NCBI GenBank assembly: GCA_963674705.1 | Contig: OY771506.1 | Location: forward strand, 2,880,001-2,944,000 | DNA from: Phycisphaeraceae bacterium | GTDB taxonomy: Bacteria > Planctomycetota > Phycisphaerae > Phycisphaerales > Phycisphaeraceae | Length of the DNA: 64,000 nt | Direction: 5' to 3' | Part shown: positions 9,987-18,818 of the stretch, one piece after another | How the letters are laid out: every line of letters begins with the position of its first letter | Numbering within the stretch: position 1 is the first letter of the stretch | Program-made: the position numbers and the translations under genes | The notes under the pieces: model-generated | What the model was told of the DNA's origin: nothing | Seen by the model: only the letters and a program-made list of their open reading frames with translations | The model's database searches: none

Positions 9987-10838
9987 TTGTACGAAGATAA
10001 AAAGAATATTGACGCAAACTCAGGCCCCATCGCCACCAACCGCCTCATGTGGGACGACCGTGTCGAAGCGCACTGGAAGTCCGCGATGTATCGCGCGGAT
10101 GCGGACGCTTTGCGTGGTGGGGGACATTGCCTTTACCCGCATGTCGTCGAAGCGGTGGGGGGTGTGGCGGGCAAGTCGCTGCTTCAACTGCAATGCCACA
10201 TGGGTATGGAAACGCTTTCGTGGGCGCAGCTCGGCGCGGATGTTGTAGGGCTCGACTTCTCGCAACCTGCGATCGATAAAGCCAAACTGCTGCGCGATGA
10301 ACTCGCTCTTAATGCTGAATTCATCTGTGCCAATTTTTACGATGCGCCGAAGGTCATCAACAAACAATTCGACATCGTCTTCCAATCCATCGGCTGCCTC
10401 TGCTGGCTGCCGGACCTTGAAGGCTGGGCGAAAGTCATCGCCGCAATGCTCAACGAAGGTGGCCGGTATATCCTCAACGAATGTCACCCATTCTCCGATG
10501 TGCTCGAACAACGTACCGGGGCTGAAGGCACATCACATCTTCAAGCGGTGAATCCCTATCTCGGCAACGAACCCATCGAATTCAACGATGGCGGCACCTA
10601 CGCCGACCCGCACGCGACATTCACCCACAACCGCAGCATCGAACACATCCACCCCCTCGGCGACATCATTACAAACCTCATCGAAGCCGGCCTGACCCTC
10701 GACCGCGTCAGCGAGTCCGACTTCTGTCCCTTCCCCCGCTACGCCATGATGCAGCAAACCCGCCCGTTCCAATGGGAACTTCCAGGAACCCTGCACGGCA
10801 AACTCCCCATGACCTTCACACTCACCGCCCACAAGTAA
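9987..10838 (+). CDS. Class I SAM-dependent methyltransferase
   Basis: Motif I-like LLQLQCHMGME, GLDFS, FDIVFQSIGCLCWLPDL and ECHP. Start codon uncertain. Confidence 0.85.
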   Translation: MYEDKKNIDANSGPIATNRLMWDDRVEAHWKSAMYRADADALRGGGHCLYPHVVEAVGGVAGKSLLQLQCHMGMETLSWAQLGADVVGLDFSQPAIDKAKLLRDELALNAEFICANFYDAPKVINKQFDIVFQSIGCLCWLPDLEGWAKVIAAMLNEGGRYILNECHPFSDVLEQRTGAEGTSHLQAVNPYLGNEPIEFNDGGTYADPHATFTHNRSIEHIHPLGDIITNLIEAGLTLDRVSESDFCPFPRYAMMQQTRPFQWELPGTLHGKLPMTFTLTAHK

Positions 10839-10839
10839 C

Positions 10840-11035
10840 CCCATATAGCCCGGCCATTCTGGTCGGGTTCTTCATGTAAAGCCGCGACCAGTGGTCGCGC
10901 TTGCTTGAATTCGTTACGTAATCAACCCGGCCCTCACGCCAACCCTCTCCCGCGGGGAGAGGGGGTGAATGCTGTGGCACCGCAGATATTCAACGTGAAG
11001 AGCCCATATAGCCCGACCATCCTGGTCGGGTTCTT
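10840..11035. repeat. Cluster of REP-like palindromes
   Basis: Two copies of CCCATATAGCCCG(G/A)CCAT(T/C)CTGGTCGGGTTCTT (10840, 11003), plus GCGACCAGTGGTCGC and CCCTCTCCCGCGGGGAGAGGG hairpins. Confidence 0.7.
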
Positions 11036-11160
11036 GCCATGTCTGGTTTTGCTGGAATCCGTACCATACAACGGTCCGATAATATTCAATTCAACACTGC
11101 ATATTCACACAATTTCTTCGCCATTCTCAACCCCATCCTTATTAACGCACACCCGCTCGC

Positions 11161-11177
11161 TTTGACGATATGTCAAA
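11161..11177. promoter_or_regulatory. Candidate operator palindrome upstream of the MerR-family gene
   Basis: TTTGAC-GATAT-GTCAAA, about 90 bp before the ORF. Confidence 0.35.
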
Positions 11178-11214
11178 TTACCGGCCCCTCGTGGGTGGGT
11201 GTTGTTGTGGCTGA

Positions 11215-11331
11215 TAGCCATGAGCCATTAGCCGTTAGCCATTAGCACAGATAAGTAACTATATAGATGAGTACACAAACACACACGACTAGCGACCAAT
11301 CACTCGCCACCAGCCACCAATCACCAGTCAC
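11215..11331. repeat. Two 7-bp tandem arrays (TAGCCAT-type, then CA(G/A)TCAC-type)
   Basis: tagccat gagccat tagccgt tagccat tagc (11215-11246) and tagcgac caatcac tcgccac cagccac caatcac cagtcac (11290-11331). Confidence 0.85.
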
Positions 11332-11608
11332 CACACCCCAGCCCGTCATCAACCGCCGGCTGGTCATCCCGCCTAAGCGGTTCAAGGTCGGCGAGCTGGT
11401 CAACGCGACCGGGCTAAGCCGGCAGACGCTGCACAACTACACCAAGTGGGGCTTGATCGGTGAGGCCGGCTGGACCAAGGGCGGGCATCGGCTGTACGAC
11501 GAATCTGTCTTCGCCCGGCTCGAACGCATCATGGTGCTCAAATCCCAGCGCACCATGGATCAGGTCCGCGAGATCCTTGAACTTGAAGACAAGGAGCAGG
11601 CGGCGTAA
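11267..11608 (+). CDS. MerR-family HTH regulator
   Basis: FKVGELVNATGLSRQTLHNYTKWGLI...TKGGHRLYD. Short, with no effector domain; the N-terminal extension is made of heptamer repeats. Confidence 0.88.
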   Translation: MSTQTHTTSDQSLATSHQSPVTTPQPVINRRLVIPPKRFKVGELVNATGLSRQTLHNYTKWGLIGEAGWTKGGHRLYDESVFARLERIMVLKSQRTMDQVREILELEDKEQAA

Positions 11609-11610
11609 CC

Positions 11611-14169
11611 ATGGCCGAAGCCCCTCCGACCCAACCCGACGCCCGGCCGCCAGGCGACCCGGATACGCCGGATATGTCGCGCGCTGATGCAGGCAATGAA
11701 GAACTGCGCTGGTCGCAGGTCTGGCAGTTGCCCATGCTCCTGTTCGGCATGGGCCTGCTGGTGATCGGCGTTTTCATGGCCATGCCCTCGCAGGACCCGA
11801 ACGAATTCCATGGCCGACTCGCCAACGCGGATACCTTGATCCAGAAAGAAAAGTTGGATGAAGCCGAAACGGTTCTTGAAGAAGTCAAGGAAAGGATCGC
11901 CGAGGCCCCGGATGTTGAGCAGGGCTACTTCTGGCAGCTTTACGCCGACCTGAACTTCGAGAAACTTCATAAAACAGACATAACCCTCGATGCCGCCACG
12001 CCCATCAATGAACGCATCGTTGAATACTACGGGAAAGCCCAATTAAAAGGCCGGGAATTGCCCGGACTTTCCAGGGTTCATCACGTTGATTCGCTGGTCG
12101 CGTTGGGTAAAGACAAGCAGGCGCTGGCGATCCTCGATCAGATGACCGGTTCGGAAAGGGTGTATCGTCACCAGATCCTCCGCAGGATGATCGAACGCCG
12201 TCGTGCTGACAGCCCGAAGATCGATCAGGCAGTGCTGGATCAGATATCCCCATTGATGGATCGGTTCCGCAACGACATCGAAACTTTGCCGGACAAATCA
12301 CTCGCTCGCAAGCAAGAGATATGGGCGGACAGCTTCCAGGCATCATTGATGTTGCAGGCCGATCACCCGCAGGCCGCGATCAACTATCTGTTGCGGCGCA
12401 TCCAACGCCTTGCGGCCCGTGGTGGCGATGATGATCTTGCCCCGTTGAGTATCAAGCTCGCTCAGGCCTACCAGGCGGTTGAAGATGTCGAAAACGCTCA
12501 GCAGCTCTACCTGCATGCCCAGCAAAGCCTCAACCCCACCGACGAACTCAACGCGGATATCCTTGTCGGCCTCGGGCAACTCTCGTTAGCACAATCCAAC
12601 GGCCAGAACATCCAGCAGGCGCTGGAATTCTTCCGCGAGGCCGAGGAAGGTTACCCCTCCTACGCTGATGCACACATCGCCGCACTCGTCGGCCGGGCCA
12701 CCTGTGAAGCGCATCTGAACGATCATGCAGCAGCCGTCCGCTACTTCGAGCTGGCTGTGCGTGAAATGATCGAACGCACCCGCGCCTGGGACCCGCGCCG
12801 CCAAGAAGCCAACATCGCTATCCGCACCCAGTATGAACGCGCCGTCGATCTGGACGACTACGACCGTGCCAAGGATTATCTGGATGTACTGGCCGTGCTG
12901 GAAGGGGATAATCCTTCGCCGCTGCTTTTGCTGGACCTTGCGGTGACGTGCCAGAAGATTGGTGACCTTCGTCTTGCCGAAGCACAGCACAGCGCCGAGC
13001 GTGCCCCGGGTCAACCCCAGCTAACTCAGGAAGCTCGCCGTTTGGCGAATCAGCAGGCCGCCTCCTACTACGCCAAGGCCGCGGAATATTACGAGCAACA
13101 CGCCGACCTTGTCACCATCCAGGACAATGAACTGCACGGCCAAAGCCTCTGGAACGCCGCCGTCAACTACGACCGTGCCCAGCTCTGGCCTCAGGCGATC
13201 CGCGTCTACGATGAATTCATCCGCACACGCGATGGCGACCCCAAACGCCTGCGTGCGATCCGCAATATCGCCCAGGCATACATGGCCAATGGGCAGTACC
13301 TCCCGGCACTCGAGAAGTTCCAAACACTTGTCGAAGAATATCCACGCAGCCCCGAAACCTACAGCAGCCTCGTCCCCATGGCCCGCTGTCTTGATGAGCT
13401 TGGCAAGACACAGGAAGCGATCGACAAACTCACCATCGTGATCGACGATCATGAAGCGATCACACCCGACAGCGGCGAGTACCAGCAGGCGCTGATTAAC
13501 CTGTGCAAAATCTACCACAGGCTGGGTGATGAAGACCCCGTTCAGTATGTCCGCGCGATCGAACTGTTGACCGAAGCGGTGCAACGCTACGGCGACACGC
13601 CAGACGGCCCGGTCCTCCGCTACCTGCTGGCCGACTCGAACCGCCGCAGCGTGCCCGGCATCGAAAAGCAGATCGCAACTACGCAATCCCATGCAACCCA
13701 GCTTGAATTGCAGGATGAACGCAAAGACCGCCTAAGCCAGGCGCAGGTCCTCTACAACCAGGCGATCAGTGGCCTGGAAGCCAAACGCAACAACGGCGAG
13801 ATACTCACCCCGGTCGAAGACATCTACCTGCGAAACGCCTACTTCTACCAGGCCGACTGTGCCTATGACCTTGGCATCTACGCCCAGGCGATCCAGCTCT
13901 ACAACACCGCCGCCAATAATTACGCCAACGACCCGGCGTCCCTGATCGCCCGGGTCCAGATTGTCAACGCCCATTGCGAGTTGGGCCAGTTCCAGCAGGC
14001 ACGCGTCGCCAACGACATGGCCCGTCGCCAACTGGAGCGCATCCCCGACTCGGCGTTTGATGATGAGAACCTGCCCATGAAGCGAGAACACTGGGAAAAT
14101 TGGCTCCGCTGGACCAGTCAGCGAAACCTGTTCAACAGCCAGGCCAGCGCCGACGGGGTTGGCGGGTAA
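11611..14169 (+). CDS. Membrane-anchored tetratricopeptide-repeat protein
   Basis: N-terminal TM (WQLPMLLFGMGLLVIGVFMAM) followed by many TPR-like helices (e.g. NIAQAYMANGQYLPALEKFQTLVEEYP). Confidence 0.85.
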   Translation: MAEAPPTQPDARPPGDPDTPDMSRADAGNEELRWSQVWQLPMLLFGMGLLVIGVFMAMPSQDPNEFHGRLANADTLIQKEKLDEAETVLEEVKERIAEAPDVEQGYFWQLYADLNFEKLHKTDITLDAATPINERIVEYYGKAQLKGRELPGLSRVHHVDSLVALGKDKQALAILDQMTGSERVYRHQILRRMIERRRADSPKIDQAVLDQISPLMDRFRNDIETLPDKSLARKQEIWADSFQASLMLQADHPQAAINYLLRRIQRLAARGGDDDLAPLSIKLAQAYQAVEDVENAQQLYLHAQQSLNPTDELNADILVGLGQLSLAQSNGQNIQQALEFFREAEEGYPSYADAHIAALVGRATCEAHLNDHAAAVRYFELAVREMIERTRAWDPRRQEANIAIRTQYERAVDLDDYDRAKDYLDVLAVLEGDNPSPLLLLDLAVTCQKIGDLRLAEAQHSAERAPGQPQLTQEARRLANQQAASYYAKAAEYYEQHADLVTIQDNELHGQSLWNAAVNYDRAQLWPQAIRVYDEFIRTRDGDPKRLRAIRNIAQAYMANGQYLPALEKFQTLVEEYPRSPETYSSLVPMARCLDELGKTQEAIDKLTIVIDDHEAITPDSGEYQQALINLCKIYHRLGDEDPVQYVRAIELLTEAVQRYGDTPDGPVLRYLLADSNRRSVPGIEKQIATTQSHATQLELQDERKDRLSQAQVLYNQAISGLEAKRNNGEILTPVEDIYLRNAYFYQADCAYDLGIYAQAIQLYNTAANNYANDPASLIARVQIVNAHCELGQFQQARVANDMARRQLERIPDSAFDDENLPMKREHWENWLRWTSQRNLFNSQASADGVGG

Positions 14170-14178
14170 GGTAGGTTT

Positions 14179-14210
14179 GCATGTCGCCGGGCGGGTGACA
14201 GGCTTTTTTT
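14179..14210 (+). terminator. Possible intrinsic terminator
   Basis: TGTCGCC...GGTGACA stem followed by a T7 run just after the TPR gene. Confidence 0.5.
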
Positions 14211-14336
14211 GCCCGGATCGCCGAAGTTGACCCGGTAAGATTTGCGCTATCGGCCCCGAATTGCCGATAGCACGTATGCCAGGGCAGGATGCCCGGCGGC
14301 CGCGGCACCGAGCCGTTACCAAAAGAGAGGTCATGG

Positions 14337-14813
14337 ATGACCGTCATGATGAAAGACACCCCGTTTCAGCAGGTCTCGAACATGCTGAGCCTTCTAAACG
14401 GCCAGCGTGATCTTTACCACCAACTCAAAGCCCTCAGCGAGCAGCAGACCCGCTGTATCCGCGAAGGTTCCACCGAACAACTTCTCTCCGTTCTCTCCGA
14501 ACGGCAGGCGGTGATCGAAGCGTTATCCCGTTCCAACGCCGAACTCGCGCCATACCGCGACAAGTGGGGTGAACTGACCGCCACCGCTGATCCACGACAG
14601 CGTCAACAGGTCCGCGAAACACTCGACGAAATCGAGCGCGTGCTCAAGGAAGTCGTCGAGCAAGACGAGCGCGATCGGGTCGAACTGAAAGGCGCTCAGC
14701 AGCAGATCGGCGCCCAGTTGACGCAGGTTAATAAAGCCGGCCGGGCGATCAGTGCCTACGGCCCACCCCAAACCAGGCCTCACGTGCCAACCTTCACCGA
14801 CAAGCAAGGCTAA
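14337..14813 (+). CDS. FlgN/FliT-like flagellar export chaperone
   Basis: Helical pattern LLNGQRDLYHQLKALSEQQ...LLSVLSERQAVIEAL, C-terminal ...AISAYG...FTDKQG, and flagellar context. Start chosen after GAGAGG. Confidence 0.6.
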   Translation: MTVMMKDTPFQQVSNMLSLLNGQRDLYHQLKALSEQQTRCIREGSTEQLLSVLSERQAVIEALSRSNAELAPYRDKWGELTATADPRQRQQVRETLDEIERVLKEVVEQDERDRVELKGAQQQIGAQLTQVNKAGRAISAYGPPQTRPHVPTFTDKQG

Positions 14814-14824
14814 CCCGGATCAAT

Positions 14825-15751
14825 ATGAGTATGACCTCGCAAACTCAGCAATCCGTTCCTGCTGCTCAAGGCGTCGATGACCTGGCGGAAATCATCCGCG
14901 CCTACAACCAGGTCACCGATAAACTCCAGCGCAGTCACGAGGCGCTTCAGTCGGAAGTCGTTCGGCTCCGTCAGGAGCTGGCGTCGGCTGATGCTCAACT
15001 GCAACGGTCCAAACGCCTCTCTGCGCTCGGCGAAATGGCCGCCGGCATCGCCCACGAAGTCCGCAACCCGCTGGCTGCGATCCAGCTTTACGCCTCTATG
15101 ATTGTCCAGGACCTTAAAGAAGTTGGCTCCGACGTCAAAGAACCGCTGCGTTGTGCGACTGAAATCGCCTCTGCCGTCCGCGGACTCGACGGCATCGTCG
15201 GCGACGTCCTGAGTTTCGCCCGTGAGGTCGAGCCCAAGCCGTCACCTCTGATCGTCAGCGAAGTCTTCGACCGCGTGCTTGCCACGCACCGTCCTGCCAT
15301 CGAGGCGGCCGAAGTCACCGTCAGACGTATCTATTTAAAGAAGGCCGATCTGGTCGTCTTGGCTGATCCCGAACTGTTGCACCGGGCGCTACTGAACCTT
15401 GTGCGCAACGCCGTCGAAGCCATGAGCCAGACCGACCTGCCTCGCAAACTCACGCTCGATGCCTGTGAGAGTGACGACGGCCTGAGCCTCAGCGTCCGTG
15501 ACACCGGGCCCGGCATCGATCGCGAAACGGTCGACCGGCTTTTCAACCCATTCTTCACCACACGCGCCACAGGCACGGGCCTCGGCCTCGCCATCGTCCA
15601 CCGCATCGTCGATGCGCACAGCGGGTCCATCAGTGTCACCGACAACCACGAAGCCGGCCGCGGCGCAGCCTTCGATCTGTGCCTGCCTATATACAAAATT
15701 ACCCCTGCTGATCCTTCTGACGACACCGTTTTTGCCGGAGCATGTGCATGA
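14825..15751 (+). CDS. Cytoplasmic sensor histidine kinase (FlgS/FleS/FlrB-like)
   Basis: H-box LGEMAAGIAHEVRNPL, N-box NLVRNAVEA, DTGPGI, FNPFFTT and GTGLGL. No TM or sensor domain. Confidence 0.92.
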   Translation: MSMTSQTQQSVPAAQGVDDLAEIIRAYNQVTDKLQRSHEALQSEVVRLRQELASADAQLQRSKRLSALGEMAAGIAHEVRNPLAAIQLYASMIVQDLKEVGSDVKEPLRCATEIASAVRGLDGIVGDVLSFAREVEPKPSPLIVSEVFDRVLATHRPAIEAAEVTVRRIYLKKADLVVLADPELLHRALLNLVRNAVEAMSQTDLPRKLTLDACESDDGLSLSVRDTGPGIDRETVDRLFNPFFTTRATGTGLGLAIVHRIVDAHSGSISVTDNHEAGRGAAFDLCLPIYKITPADPSDDTVFAGACA

Positions 15752-17193
15752 GCAACAAGGTCCTTGTTGTCGATGATAAACAGATGATGCGCGATAGCGT
15801 TGGTTCAACGCTGCAACGCGCGGGTTACAGTGTGGTCGCCGCGTCGGATGGCGGCTCCGCGCTGAGCATGGTCGCCAAGCACCGGCCCGCCGCCGTCATC
15901 ACCGACCTGAAAATGCCAGAGATGGACGGCCTGGAACTGCTCAGCCGTCTCCGTCAGGCCGACGATCAACTGCCCGTCGTATTGATGACCGCCTATGGCA
16001 GCGTCAACGACGCCGTCGCCGCGATGAAAAAGGGCGCGTTCGACTTCATCCAGAAGCCGTTCGAAGGTGATCAACTCGTCATGGTCATGCGTCGTGCGGT
16101 TGAACACAGCCGGCTCCTGCGTGAAAACGCGGCGCTACGCACCGTCACAGTCCCGCAGGGCGACACCCCCGTGCTTGTCGGCAAAAGCCCGGCCATGCGG
16201 CAACTCGCCCAGCAGATCCATCAGATCGCCAACTCCAACGGCACCGTCCTGATCTGCGGTGAATCCGGCACCGGTAAAGAAGTCGTCTCCCGCACGATCC
16301 ACGCCCACAGCACGCGCCGCAGCAGCATCATGCTTGCCGTCAACTGTGCCGCACTCTCCAGCAGCCTGCTCGAAAGCGAACTCTTCGGCCACGAGAAGGG
16401 GGCCTTCACCGGTGCCGATCAGATGCGCAAAGGCCGTTTTGAGCTTGCCGACGGCGGAACACTCCTGCTTGATGAAATCAGCGAGATCGGCCCCGAGCTT
16501 CAGGCCAAACTCCTGCGCGTCTTGCAGGAACAGAGCTTCGAGCGCGTCGGTTCCAGCCTCACTATGAAAATCGATGTGCGTGTCATCGCGACGACCAACC
16601 GCGACCTCACCGCCGCCGTCGCCGCCGGCGACTTCCGCCAGGACCTGTACTACCGCTTGAACGTCCTGCCTGTTGTCCTGCCGCCGCTTCGCGTGCGTAC
16701 CGATGACATCCCGCTTCTGGTCGACCACTTCCTTATGCAGCTTGCCATGCGTGACGGCCGTGATCCCAAGAAGTTCGACGCCGAATCAATGATATTGATG
16801 CAGCAGTACACCTGGCCCGGCAACGTCCGCGAACTGCAAAACATCTGCGAACGCGCAAGCGTTCTCAGCCGCAGCCAGGTCATCAAGGCGGGTCTCATCC
16901 AGCCATGGTTGTCCAGCCCCGAGCCGACCGTGTCCATCCAGCCCGCCCCGGCCATCGGCGCCGTTGCTCAAGCAACCAAAACCTCCATTCAACACACCAT
17001 GCAGACCGCGCCGACCCCGCCCGGAACCATACGCAGCCTCGAAGAAATCGAACGCGAACAGATCGTCCAGACGCTCGGTTACTTCTCAGGCAACCGCATG
17101 CGGACCGCCAAGGCCCTTGGCATCGGCGTGCGTACCCTCGGTCTCAAACTCAAGAAGTGGAAGGAGATGAACCTCGTTGCTCAGTCGATCTGA
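15748..17193 (+). CDS. Sigma54-dependent response regulator (FlgR/FleR/FlrC-like)
   Basis: REC domain (VVDD, DLKMP, KPF), GESGTGKE, GAFTGA, LLLDEI, WPGNVREL and a C-terminal Fis-type HTH. ATGA overlap with the kinase. Confidence 0.95.
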   Translation: MSNKVLVVDDKQMMRDSVGSTLQRAGYSVVAASDGGSALSMVAKHRPAAVITDLKMPEMDGLELLSRLRQADDQLPVVLMTAYGSVNDAVAAMKKGAFDFIQKPFEGDQLVMVMRRAVEHSRLLRENAALRTVTVPQGDTPVLVGKSPAMRQLAQQIHQIANSNGTVLICGESGTGKEVVSRTIHAHSTRRSSIMLAVNCAALSSSLLESELFGHEKGAFTGADQMRKGRFELADGGTLLLDEISEIGPELQAKLLRVLQEQSFERVGSSLTMKIDVRVIATTNRDLTAAVAAGDFRQDLYYRLNVLPVVLPPLRVRTDDIPLLVDHFLMQLAMRDGRDPKKFDAESMILMQQYTWPGNVRELQNICERASVLSRSQVIKAGLIQPWLSSPEPTVSIQPAPAIGAVAQATKTSIQHTMQTAPTPPGTIRSLEEIEREQIVQTLGYFSGNRMRTAKALGIGVRTLGLKLKKWKEMNLVAQSI

Positions 17194-17314
17194 CAACATG
17201 ATGTCGCGCAAAACAAAACCGCGATCGCGCAACGCCTGCGCTGTCGATGCGCAAATGCTGCGCAGTCATTGCGATCCTTCCTCCATCTGCCGCACGCAAT
17301 CCACCATCCACTAC

Positions 17315-17330
17315 TGGAACATGGATTGCT
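17315..17330 (+). promoter_or_regulatory. Sigma54 -24/-12 promoter of the flgB operon
   Basis: TGGAACATGGATTGCT (GG-N10-GC) about 55 nt before flgB and next to the enhancer-binding protein gene. Confidence 0.75.
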
Positions 17331-17385
17331 ACAAGATTCACGTAGCGCCCGGTGTGCGGGTGTCCTGTGTTGTGGAGGACGGGCG

Positions 17386-17826
17386 ATGATCAGCAAGCTC
17401 TTTACAAACGGTTCCATGCAGGCCGTCGAAAAGCTCGTTGACTTCACCAGCGCGCGGCACAAGGTCCTGACCAACAACATCGCCAACTTCGAGACGCCGT
17501 TCTATCGCAGCCGCGACCTCGATCCCGTCGCATTCCAGGCAAACCTCCGAGACGCGATCGAAGACCGCCGCAAAGTACTCGGCGGCACGACCTACGGTCG
17601 GCTCGAACTCGACGACACCGACCAGGCCCGCTACCGCGATGATGGCACCGCGATGTTTATGCCCGGCTTCGACGACACCGGCATCATGTTCCACGACCGA
17701 ACCAACGCCGACATCGAACGCACGATGCAGCACCTGGCCGAAAACACCATGGCCCACAACGCCGGCCTCGAAATGCTGAAAAACCAGTTTGAACTGTTGA
17801 AAACCGCGATAAGAGGCAGGGTGTAA
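17386..17826 (+). CDS. flgB: Flagellar basal-body rod protein FlgB
   Basis: RHKVLTNNIANFETPFYRSRDL and ADIERTMQHLAEN; GGAGG before ATG 17386. Confidence 0.92.
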   Translation: MISKLFTNGSMQAVEKLVDFTSARHKVLTNNIANFETPFYRSRDLDPVAFQANLRDAIEDRRKVLGGTTYGRLELDDTDQARYRDDGTAMFMPGFDDTGIMFHDRTNADIERTMQHLAENTMAHNAGLEMLKNQFELLKTAIRGRV

Positions 17827-17829
17827 GCA

Positions 17830-17946
17830 AAGCCAATAGCTTTTAGCCGTTAGCCATTAGCACGGACATAAAAGACGACAGCAGATTGAACATTAGAGAT
17901 TAAACATCAGAAATTAGAGATCAAAAACCCCCAAACCCTAGACCCC
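17830..17946. repeat. Three consecutive 7-bp-period arrays in the flgB-flgC gap
   Basis: aagccaa tagcttt tagccgt tagccat tagc; agattga acattag agattaa acatcag aaattag agatcaa; aaacccc caaaccc tagaccc. Confidence 0.75.
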
Positions 17947-17952
17947 ACCAAC

Positions 17953-18357
17953 ATGTTCGGATCACTAGACACCTCGGCATCAGCGCTCGTCGCACAACGC
18001 ACACGATTGGAGACCATCTCCGCGAACATCGCGAACGCGAACTCGATCGAAGGGCCCAACGGCGAATACGCCCCCTTCAAGCGACGCATCGCCGTGTTCG
18101 CGCAAGGAGATCCCAGCACCGGCAGCAACCAGGGCGTGCACGTCAAAGAAATCCTGCAACTGCCCAAGTTCACGCAGAAGTTCGAGCCCGACAACCCCTA
18201 TGCCGATCCGGAAACCGGCATGGTGAATTACCCCGACATCAGCCCCGAAGTGGAAGTCATCAACGCGATGGCGGCCTTCAGGGCCTATGAAGCAAATGTC
18301 ACCGCCGCGGAGGCGACAAAGTCAATGATACAGGCAAGCCTGCGTTTGCTCGCCTGA
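17953..18357 (+). CDS. flgC: Flagellar basal-body rod protein FlgC
   Basis: SASALVAQRTRLETISANIANA, PYADPETGMVNYPD and AFRAYEAN. Confidence 0.96.
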   Translation: MFGSLDTSASALVAQRTRLETISANIANANSIEGPNGEYAPFKRRIAVFAQGDPSTGSNQGVHVKEILQLPKFTQKFEPDNPYADPETGMVNYPDISPEVEVINAMAAFRAYEANVTAAEATKSMIQASLRLLA

Positions 18358-18383
18358 TATATTGATCGATACGGACGAATACG

Positions 18384-18707
18384 ATGGCCGACCCATTAGG
18401 TTTAATCCCGAGTTCAAATGGCATCTCGTCGATCGGCAACGCCGCGAGCGGCACGCAGCGCGCAGGCGCCAAAGACCAGGCCAACGGCGCGAGCTTCAAA
18501 GATGCGCTCATGAAGCAGATTGATCAGGTCAATCGCTTGCAGCAGGATGCTGAAACAGCGATTGAAGATGTCGTCTCCGGTAAGCGGGACGACCTTGACA
18601 ATGTTATGATCGCTAAACAGAAAGCGGATATCGCTTTCCAGATGCTTTTGCAGGTGCGCAACCAGATGATGGACGCCTACGAGGAGATCAAACAGATTCG
18701 TGTATAA
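18384..18707 (+). CDS. fliE: Hook-basal body protein FliE
   Basis: SFKDAL..VNRLQ, VMIAKQKADIAFQMLLQVRNQMMDAYEEI. Confidence 0.95.
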   Translation: MADPLGLIPSSNGISSIGNAASGTQRAGAKDQANGASFKDALMKQIDQVNRLQQDAETAIEDVVSGKRDDLDNVMIAKQKADIAFQMLLQVRNQMMDAYEEIKQIRV

Positions 18708-18774
18708 CACCACAAGCCGCGCACTGCCGACCGGAGGTCGGTTGTCGCGGATCAAATAAGCGCGGAGCGCTTCA

Positions 18775-18800
18775 TAGCCAATAGCTCATAGCTAAAAGCT
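18775..18800. repeat. 7-bp tandem array (TAGC-type) before fliF
   Basis: tagccaa tagctca tagctaa aagct. Confidence 0.7.
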
Positions 18801-18818
18801 TCTTCGGCATGGAGGCCG

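Noticed and set aside
14246..14271. Sigma28 promoter for the FlgN-like gene
   Set aside because: GCCGATAG is present, as one arm of the palindrome GCTATCGGC-N8-GCCGATAGC, but there is no -35 element at the spacing seen in the other candidates.
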